From positions 2,701,187 through 2,765,186 of the forward strand of contig CBDBCZ010000018.1 in assembly GCA_965203295.1 (NCBI GenBank): 64,000 bases of DNA, in the 5' to 3' direction. Below are positions 51,258 through 60,859 of the stretch, piece after piece; within the stretch, counting starts at the first letter, position 1; each line of letters starts with the position of its first letter. The notes beneath the pieces are model-generated. The model had not been told where the DNA came from and made no database searches. It saw only the letters and a list, made by a program, of their open reading frames with translations. This DNA is from Nitrospirales bacterium. GTDB taxonomy: Bacteria; Nitrospirota; Nitrospiria; Nitrospirales; UBA8639. The position numbers and the translations under genes are program-made.

Positions 51258-53052
51258 TTAGTCATCAATCACGACATCAGGGGATGCACAAAATACACTA
51301 TCAAGAGAACGCAGTTTAGGAATGACTTTACAGGCCTCAATGGTCATAGTAGCCCTGCAATGAGGGCAGTTATCATTAGTGCTTAGCCACCTCTGAATGC
51401 ACTGTTGGCATCCTACTACAATATTACAACAAGGTGATACAACACATGGGAATACAATATTTCCACAAACCAAGCACTATGTTTCACTTCTTCTTACTTT
51501 TGTTTCATAATCAGTATTGTATCTGCTTTCCTTTGCAGCTCCATCTGGATGGTGCTCAGCTGTGAAGTGAGTTCATCCTTTTCTCTCCGTAGATCACTAA
51601 CGGCTACTTCCTGTTCAGTTAGTTTACTGCTCAGTTCAGCACTGTTGCTTTGATTCTTCTCCAGCTTTTCAATCCGAAATTCGAGAACACCAAGTTTAAC
51701 CATTAGAGAAGGTTGAACATCTTTATCAGACCTCTGTATCGGACCAGGCTCAACGTATCGCCGTTTCCCTTTGTCTCTAATTGTCACAGTTTCAAACTCA
51801 TCATCACTACCATATGTCGGCAATTTTTTCAGATAAAGAAATTTTCGATACTCCGACAGTGGTATAGCTGAAATTCTTCTGTTTCCTTTCCAAAATTTTG
51901 AGCCTGTAAGATAAAAAAGGTATATTCATTATGTCTGTGCACATGAGAATTTCGCTGTCTATTCATACTTCTACCACATTTGTACTACTCTGACCAATCA
52001 GGTAGCTAGATTCGAGGTTTCGATATTCACTTATTCACCTCGTAATAGGTATCAAACTTACTTATTCACCTTGTTTTAATGTCTTCCAGTATAACTCCTT
52101 ACAATATAGACACACATAAATACAACCGCCGAGTATAGCGTGGTAGAAGCCAGTTATACAAGCCACGAGATGGAGGTGCACGTATAAGCAGTTTATTCTT
52201 CTCGAGCCTTCGGAAAAATAAATTGTTTATACACCTCTGTCTCGTGACATAGCCTAAACTTAATTTCTACAGCCCTATTGACATCACTATCAAAAGAATT
52301 TTTTTCAAATTTGAAAATGAAGGCTCACCTCGAGTACCAGTAGTATCCAAGATTTTCAGCCTATCAGCATCAAGTAAAACGGTTGATTCACCCTTAAAAG
52401 CATCCATGGCAATGGCATCAGAAATGTACGGGACAGTTGCCGTATTTTCAGTCAATGTCATTGGAATGTTGTGGATCTTCTTCAGTATGCTGCCTTCAAG
52501 CTTACATATTTCAATTTTGCGCACAAACTCTTTCTCCTCAGCTCCTGGCAGGCTTGACCCACTTTGCTGCTTCTCCTGCCGTGAAACACCTGGTGGTTTG
52601 TTCACAAGACTTTGAGTAGTAGAGAAAACAGGGGTCCACGACTTGGAGCCCTTCGCTACTTTCCTCTTTTTGTCTGGTGGCTGGTAAGCTAACTGCTGAG
52701 TAGCTACCAAGCTTGAACTTGAGCATCCTGGCTTACTTCGGCTGGGGTCACGACTATCCCCCTCCACTGTATAAGTACCTTCATAGATATCATCAAAATC
52801 GCCCGAAGTATTGGGGACTTCAGCAAACCCATCTTCTGAGGTAAGGGTAATGGTCTGCGGGTGCAGGTGAAATATCTGAGCAAGTTTGTGTGCTGTAGCA
52901 TTTCTCTTCCCTCTAATTTTCCTGGTCACTCCATCATGCACAACAGTAAACACTTCAGGCAGATCTAGTACACCTTCTCCAGTGTTGTCATAATCATCAG
53001 TGAGCCAGTCTTCATTCATTGATGTAGGCCTAGCAGTAGTTGACCAAGACAT
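51258..53052 (-). pseudogene. Passenger gene: unknown N-terminal domains, coiled coil and RING finger, with the RING disconnected by a stop/frameshift
   Basis: Exons 53052-52329 and 51903-51494 are open (377 aa). After TAA at 51494, a different frame gives CLVC...PCC...GCQQC...W...CPHCR. Confidence 0.7.
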
Positions 53053-56000
53053 CGCAGTAGCATACACTCTTACTAGCTATACTAGCTATACTGTCACTAA
53101 TATTGTAGCACCAAGTCTACTACTGCAGAATGTTGTGCAACCGCCTGAATGTGACTGATTGGATGAGAACTAAATATGATTGGCTATTGTCAAGGCAACA
53201 GTCCACTCTGACTACAAATTATATGAGATAGGGTTCTACCTAATTGGTGAACCAATACATGAACTCTGACTATTGACAGTTTCCCTCTCAGAATCAATTT
53301 TTCACAGTTTAGATTCCCACGTTTAACAGGTAGTGATTACCCCTTTCAAGTCCTGCTGTGAAAAATAGATTTGTAGAAATGCAGATCTGCAGAAATGTGG
53401 ATCTGCAGAAATGCAGATTTGCAGAAAAGTAGATTTGCAGAAATGCAGATTTGCAGAAATGCAGATTTTGCAGAAATGCAGATTTTGCAGAAATGCAGAT
53501 TTGCAGAAATGCAGATTTGCAGAACTGCAGATTTGCAAAAAATGCAGATTTGCAGATGTGCAGAAATGGGGAAGTCTAAGAGTAGATTGTACAACTTCTG
53601 AAATGCAGGTTAGAGTTGCAGATTTGCAAAATATGTAGAAATGTGGATTTGTAGATTTCCACAATATGCACCAAAGTATTGCTGTTCACACCACAGAGTT
53701 GCTGAAAAATAAAAAAAAAGTCCACTAGCTGAACGAATTCCATGATTTGATAGCAGAACTGCAGAAATGCAGTTTGGCCACATTTGTACACTGATTAGAT
53801 AGCATGACTTGTGAAAAAGCATGCAAAGCTTTTATCTATAGCGGGTAGACTAACATGTATTACTCTGTAGTGGTGAGCAATACTATCACACTATTACTGT
53901 AGGCTATAGCTATTGCACAGCAACACCCAAGCTAGCCACAAGGGGCACCGTTGAAACGTCACTGAGTCCTGACCCTATTTAATGCACATCCGGTCAGGGC
54001 TAGGCTTGTATAATAGTTAGTTTTATTCATGTAATTACACTTTCAGGACTACATACCATTGAATTCGCGCTTGAGACTATCCATTGGCCAAGAGCTAAGC
54101 AGTAGTAGCCGTGCAACTAGTTCCATGAGTTCCATTCGCTCGCCAATTAACACGCACGCGCTATAATTATACGCGTAGTTTTACTCGCATAATTTTCATT
54201 GCGAGAGTTAACGTTAAAATGACTGCTACTCGAAAGGCGATAAAAGAATTCTCACCGATATCTCCGCAACGAAGAGAGTGCGGAACCTTTCCATTGTTAC
54301 TTTTCCTAGAAATGATCCATATATCACTAAAAGAAGGTTTGTTCATCTGTAGAAGCCACGAGTGTCGCTGTGAATTATTTATTTATTTATTTCCTCAAAT
54401 ATCTTTACACTTGGGAGTGTATTGAACTCTGTAATGCTGTTGACATGGTGTTGCATAACTTGTTTGCACTAGTACTAGACTACAAGTAGTTTGTGGTACT
54501 CTGTACTAATGTTTGTTTTGTCCTATAACCCGTTTGTACTAGTACTAGTACTTTGTACTACTGTTTGGAACTTTATAAAACAGTCTGAATCCAATCTGTA
54601 ATGGTTACTAATACTGTAAGTAAAACATTACTTGTAACTATAACCAAAACATTTCTGAGGGTGGCTAATTATAATCAAAACTATAATAGCCCATAAACCA
54701 ATCTTTAATTAAAAACTAATACTATAAATTTCTAATATTGTGATATATAATTGCCACTATAACCAATAACCACGCTTAATGACTGTACTAAAACAACACT
54801 AATTACCGTAAGTGCGATATTACATACACGTTTATACGGCACGCTAAATTGCGTACTTCGCGCCTGCCCCTTGCGTACTTCAAGCGTACTCTTTGCGTAC
54901 TTCCGCCTACCGTACTAGCGTATTACGCAAGTACTACGGGTACGTTACGTAAAGTTTTTATAGACCGCAATTGTATATGAAGCTTAATCGTATGTTTTAG
55001 TATCACAAACATCCCTTCTACAAGTACTTTGCATTAGATTCACTGCTAAGACTAGTGTGTACTTTTTACCATATAGTCACCAGCCTAAGCTATGTGACTG
55101 TAGTGGATACAAGTCACCTATAGCTCACATTCCTTACCTCTATCAAGTTTGCTCGGACTTCACGCAGCCGTTCTTTGAGCTCCTTCATCTCCAACGAGAC
55201 GGCCCTCAGGCAGTTGAGTGGGTAGAGGTGGGGTGAGATCTTCAGGTACTCCACAAACTGATCTCTCATCTCGGTCACCAACGCCTGCGCGCGAGCCACA
55301 ACCTCCGCCTGTCTCTCCACAGGAACCAGATCGTAGTGACTACCTACAACTATCACTGGCACAGGCTGGAGCACACTCCCATACATGTTATCCTGGGACT
55401 CCGAAGTATCTGGACTCGAATCCAGACTCTCACAGCTGGTACGGCTGCTTCGCCCTAAAGAACCGGTTTTCAGCATCCAGGACTGGACAGGAAGTAAGCG
55501 GTAAACTTCCTTTTTGCTACTGAGCATTGGCACTGTACCACACTCCGTCGAACTCGGGCGAAAAGGCACTTGCCCAAGGTTTTGCGTCTTGATGAAGCCA
55601 AGCCACCACAGCAATTGTGCCCTCTGCTCCTTGAGAGGCTTCGTGAGGTTGATGACAACGGTGAACACTGTACTCTCCGTTGAAATGAAGAACTGGTGCG
55701 TGACAAAGCTCCAAGGTCACTCTCTCCTCTCTGATGTCGTCTATCCAGCCCTCATACAACTGACAATCTAGAAAAACATAATCAATACTAATTCTCACTC
55801 TCTGATCGATAGCTGAATAAACAGCTCTGGGCTACTACAATCACACACTAAGCCACCAGGTCAAGCATTGGTATGCAACGCAGATACTACACAGACACAC
55901 GTCTCTAATGGTAAGACTTTTCTGTGCATGCATTACCGTGATAACTTTGATTCAAAAGTGGCTACAGTGGGGCTTCCACAATAAGAAAACTGTTTGATTT

Positions 56001-56489
56001 AGATGTCCTTACTCGTATTCTTCTTACATTCACCATGCATAACGTACTGTTCTGTATGCCTGCAGGATACTCCTGATGGCGAGCCCTTTAGCAGCTGCCA
56101 CATCCTCGGCCAAGTCTTCATGACTCACCTACATGACCAAAGGAGTACAGCACAGAATTTCATAGCTAGAATACGCATGTAAATAGTCAAGTACCATAGT
56201 TTGAGAAATTTTCGGTGCTAAAATCTTCTGTGGTTGTCTCCAAAAAGCTCACAAAACTAACAGTAACAAGAAGGGTCAAAAAAAATTAAGGTACATATAG
56301 TAGCACGCTTGTATTTTCAAAGAAGGATGGAACAGTCATCAGGCATTCAGCACCACAGTGGACCCATCCTTAGCGTGCTGTGGCTCTCCCTAACATGAGT
56401 ACTTCTCCAACAACTGCCTCCCAGATTTCACATCAATGTGATAGCCACTCGTGACTAGTGCACAAAGCCCTTCCATCATTCAATCCAGG

Positions 56490-56802
56490 CAAAAAACGGG
56501 ACCCAGCTGGGGATTGAACCCAGGGCCTTCTGAATATTAGTCAGATGCTCTTACCAACTGAGCTACTGGAGCCCCTTGGCAGAGGAGCAGTAGGCAAGCT
56601 TTATATAGCCACTAAACCCGCTAGTAGAGCTTGCCAGTAGGAACCAGCCAATTCTAACTGTAATTACTCTCTCATTAGGCCTCTCCCCTCATCTCCTAAA
56701 CACAATAAACGTGCTACACCCAAACTTAGCCTGGATCAGTCTGCCGGGGTAATTAAACCACCAAAGACACAGAACTGATAACCAAGTAGGCACATTGCAA
56801 AC
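56490..56802 (-). mobile_element. Dispersed repeat with TATA box and 3' tRNA-like module, copy 2
   Basis: Collinear with 21241-21560. T6 terminator after the tRNA-like part. Confidence 0.7.
56499..56572 (-). tRNA. tRNA-like cloverleaf with AAT anticodon on a Thr-like body; repeat-borne and probably not a housekeeping tRNA
   Basis: D stem GCTC/GAGC, anticodon stem TCTGA/TCAGA with loop CTAATAT, T stem CTGGG/CCCAG, and acceptor stem 6/7 paired. Confidence 0.45.
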
Positions 56803-56948
56803 AAGTATACTGGATGGTTTACATTGTATACAATTACATGTACATGCCGTCACTATTTAATAAGTTTCATGAAGGCTTAATAATGGTTCGCAATGCAAGC
56901 TTTACAAACATGATTACTTCACAAAGCAACATACTGTACACATCACAT

Positions 56949-57586
56949 TATGTGACTGCTGAGTGAAAACCTGGCACATCCCGCAAAATTGAGATCATGT
57001 CAGTTTCGTAAACCGTAAATTCGGAAAAAGCTGTCATCGAAGTTTGGTGGCAATTGGATGCTCGATTCCAGAGATACATGTACAGCCCGAAACACTAACA
57101 CATTACGAAAACCTACGTTTCACGAAATAGCAATGTTTTGATGTTGTTACAGTATATTATACGTACTTCTGTATATTATTCCATATCATGTAAGCGTTTA
57201 ATCTGCATGTAGCTTCATCAACCTAGCCGCCTTACCTCCAGCAAACAGAGACCTTTATAAGTTGGAGAGAGTGGAGAGAGATGAAGGAAGCTAATAGACT
57301 GTGTAAAAGATATCGCTTGCTGTAGCGTCTTTACACACGGAGCAATGTGCTCCGTATACTGACTTACAACGACAATATGGCCGTGAGATTGGGCTTATAG
57401 TGCCTGATTACATTAGAGCCAGGCTTCATACTTCAGTTATAGCGACCAATGTACGTTTTCAGCCAAAGTACGATTATGGCATAAATGGGTCCATAGGAGC
57501 TTAGGATACAGGAAATCACTTATAACTCAAAATCAATTGTTGCAGGACGTGCTGGGGTTTCGCCCTGGGTTTCAGCAGGTCACATA
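56949..57586. mobile_element. Unclassified TIR element
   Basis: TATGTGACTGCTGA..GAAAACC.GGCACATCC.GCAA versus TTGCAGGACGTGCTGG..TTTC..TCAGCAGGTCACATA. Confidence 0.5.
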
Positions 57587-57734
57587 CGCGGCCCGCCTGT
57601 AATGAATGTTCAGAGATATGGCACTTTGAATACAGTGACACAATAGACAGAATAATCTATACTGAACTGCCACACATCATTAGCAAGTTGGGGCAAGACA
57701 TACCTTCCAGTTATCTAACAGAAATAAACGAACC

Positions 57735-59748
57735 TACTTTTTTTCCTTTTTTCGCTCTGAATCCACTGCTTGAGAAGGTACTCATAGTAGGTGTCTGAGC
57801 GGGCCCCCATGGTAAGAGTCCCCGGTCGCAGCTGGCCTGTCTCAGCATTGATGAATAGGGGCACCAGGCTGTCAATCTTGGGGAGCGACAGAAGCTTGTT
57901 CATCACCCTGGTCTACTGCATCCTGATGGGATTGGTAAGTAATGCTAGGGTGAATTAATTCTCAAAGTATGTGCAAAGGAAGCATATTTAAGACGCAGCA
58001 AGACAACCAGGAACCACTCTATTATACAGTCAGAGTATCTGCCTCACACAATGGTACATGTAGCTGGGGCACCAGAAGGGCACTTGCTGAGCAGGATACA
58101 AGCTTAGCCAGTTGCCACATTACCATATCACTACATGCTACATGCAGCTGCAGCAAATGACCCGCCTTTAGAATAGTGAAACTGCTATTACAGCACCACA
58201 ACTTAAACTTGAAAGGCACTGACTATAGTAAAGTAGTGAAATGATAGCTGGTTACATTTTTAGCAGTCTTACATGTATGGGAGCCACACCTTATAGTACA
58301 TAATCAACCGGAAAACTGATGTCTTTCTTAATAAGAAGCCAACTGTGGCTTATACCACATTTGCACACTCCAACTGGATGTCAGGCCACCTGAGCTCTAC
58401 CCAGTGTGCTTATGACCCTCCTCATTTGCTCCTGCGGGAAAGCAACGGGCTTGCATGTATTTCATTCTCAGGCAGCACGCATACCTGGTATTTTCGATTT
58501 CCAGTGAGCATATATAGTGAGATCCCTAAACTCCATCTGGATGGTGCTGACTTCAGAAACAGAGCTGTCGGGGCCCCACTCTGGCGCATGAGCACGGCCA
58601 GTGAAGAGGTTGACATCGGAGAAGAGTATGGATGAGCGGGTATTGAAGCAAGGCAGCCACCGGTCCCCCAGCTCTTTCTGTTAGTGGAATAGAACAACAG
58701 TTTTATAGATGTACTGCAAGCAATATTTTCCCATTGACTGAAATGGTGTTCCATGCACATGATGGTAAGTCCAAGAGTCTATTTAGTAGCAATTTGTGTA
58801 TGCATACAATATATACAAGAGATGGGGGATGGGGATACTCAGCTGGAAAGGTTTAATAGGCAGGTAACTACATGAACAGTTGTTGCTGGACACAAATGTA
58901 CACATTGAATAGCTGCCAGCTGGAGTTACGAATCACTCTTTTCAAAACAGTTCCCGGCACACAGTACTAACGTGATACTACATACAGCAAGATTTGATTA
59001 ATTGCCCACCAATTCCTCTCGTACGCAAAGACAACTACACATTATTCAAAAAGAGAAAACATTGAAGTGGAAACTGGGAAGAGAACATAATTCTTTCCTT
59101 TCCACAAGCACCCATACCACCATGTAGCAAGATGTTCCTGTATGCTTTGTTGAAAATCCTAACAGCGATACAAAACTACATCAAACTGTATATTATTATA
59201 AATCATCAACTCACCGCTCTTTCCAGGAACAGTTCATCTTGCGTTAGGTGATATGTGCTGAGCAATCCTCCTAACACACGAATAGTGGTCTCAAATAAGT
59301 TCACGTCCTTGTCCTGAGCAATGACCATCTCCTCTGCAACCCACTCTCTCGCCTCACCAAATTCTTCACTCAGCCCCATCACCCACATCGTGTCCAAAGC
59401 ATCCACTAATGTCAGACCCAGGTTGAACCATTCGTTACTGTCCCTTGAAATTGGTAGTAACTCATCTTTGCCGCAAGCATAAGCTTTGTACGCTTTCCAA
59501 GCATGCTTGAAGGCCTCAACAGCAGCCTTTTGTCTCTCAGTATGTTCTGACTGTAGTGGAGGACCAAGTGGCATTCCAGCCATCTCCTGTGGTCGCTGCT
59601 TTTTAGGCTGCATGGCTACATCTTCTGGTGCGCACATCCATGCTAGTCCAACAGCCAAGAGGACCACAACTGCTGCCAGTACCAGTGCAGTGATTGAAGT
59701 GTACGACTTTAGCCAAGATGGCTTGGCCTTCTTCCTCCTTGAAGCATT
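57735..59748 (-). pseudogene. MAN1B1: ER mannosyl-oligosaccharide alpha-1,2-mannosidase (GH47), frameshifted and 3'-incomplete
   Basis: Exons 59748-59215 (type II TM anchor, AFKHAWKAY, LGLTLVDALDT, VNLFETTIRVLGGLLS), 58677-58485 (SDVNL, SEVSTIQMEF; frameshift near 58513) and 57922-~57735 (frameshift at start; [15 protein letters not shown]). No C-terminal exons were found. Confidence 0.85.
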
Positions 59749-60859
59749 CTAGCAGAAACAGAGCACAGCATAAAAGTCTTCCCATGCAGAGTCATTTGGC
59801 AGCTGTTATTTATGTATGAACACACATTGAGTAATAAACACCAAATCATCATGCACATGTTCCGCGAATGCCCACAGAATGATTCTTTAAATATGACCAC
59901 GGAAGTGTGCAACGACATTGGCTCTGAGAACAGCCATATACCCGGTTCAAGGCTAGTACTAAAACCAGCTCCATTGCATATTCAGTGTTCTAACTAAAAA
60001 GTGGAAGAACAGAGCACCACAGCACCACTCTTGGCATGTAATAATTAACTGCCCTCTGGCTACTGTGGTGCATCACCATGTAGCCAGTTGCACAACCAGA
60101 CAGATGGGATAATGTAACTTATCACCAAGCACTGCCATGCTAACAATCATGTCCTTCAGTAGCTTAATAAACTTTTAGTCAACTGAAACTGAAAATAATA
60201 AGCTTAAGTAGGGCAAACAGAATTTTAGTTAAACTAACTAAAACTAAACTTTCAATAAGCTACAACTATTTATCCACCAAAATCAGTTCTGGTTAACTAA
60301 AGTACTAAAAGTGCATTTAGTACCTCTATTTTTGTTTTAGTTGGCTAATAAAAGTGAGACATAAAGGCATCTCAACGGCATCTCAATGAACACTGGAGAC
60401 CGACCGCACAAGCCCAAGAAAATTAATCCAAACTGAAATACAGTTTCTGATGATTCGCTGGTCTGGACAAGTTTATCACATAGTTTGGGTGCATGCTTTA
60501 CTGAGAGCTTACTATTAATCCCAGGCTAGTAGAGTTGAGTAGCTAGACTCCTTGAACGTAAGCAGAAGCTTTGGAGCCGGACGGTACAACCGAGCGATGC
60601 AAGAACTGAAATTTCAAGATTTTTTCTATCAATAAGATACACTTCTGATGACTTACTGATCTTCTAATCATCATCCGCCACCTTCTTAACAGCAAATGAT
60701 TGAAAGACAGAGGGTGTTGGTCCATACATACACATGCGGAACTAGTATTCCAAGGGAGGTCCAAATATTACACTGTGAACCCTAACTATTTGTTCTGGAG
60801 GGAACGTTTTTAAGGGAGTCCGAACATAACATGACGTATCCTATAACGTCAATGAAGAA

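Larger units (their letters stand above)
48649..53796 (-). mobile_element. 5148-bp long-TIR DNA transposon with integrase-core transposase (IS3EU-like), inner layer
   Basis: Near-identical TIRs 48649-49328 and 53133-53796 starting AATCAGTGTACA; perfect 6-bp TSD AGATAG (48643-48648 and 53797-53802); two minus-strand genes. Confidence 0.9.
45486..54801 (+). mobile_element. hAT transposon (middle layer)
   Basis: TIRs TAGTGTTGTTTT / AAAACAACACTA; degenerate 8-bp TSD ACTACAGT / ATTACCGT; AACTA-rich subterminal repeats; encodes a hAT transposase. Confidence 0.85.
45046..54973. mobile_element. Tc1/mariner-type MITE (~610 bp of own sequence), outer layer of a triple nest
   Basis: ta|CAGTTGCGGTCAATAAAACTTTACGTA and TACGTAAAGTTTTTATAGACCGCAATTG|ta, ~45-bp imperfect TIRs. 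Confidence 0.8.
33500..56128 (-). pseudogene. DAPK-like ROCO protein (ankyrin-like, Roc, COR, death domain), disrupted
   Basis: Exons: 56128-56048 (LAEDVAAAKG, ankyrin-like, tentative); 55767-55138 (FVTHQFF, WWLGFIK, PVIVVGSHYD Roc G4; G1-G3 region damaged); 44639-44451; 43580-42682 (LVYFQ...FVFIDPGWLC COR, PPGFFPRLQV; frameshift near 43465); 35144-~34950 (DWRDLATALGL...TRMLLLKW, death domain); and a decayed tentative last exon at ~33748-33500. Confidence 0.75.

Noticed and set aside
51477..51497. 21-nt GT-AG micro-intron that might join the coiled coil to the RING finger
   Set aside because: Its removal leaves the RING out of frame, and it is implausibly short.
56340..56460. Possible upstream ROCO exon
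   Set aside because: It reads better as a decayed HIRAN-like repeat fragment (GYH...IWEAVVGEVL), like that at 430-620.
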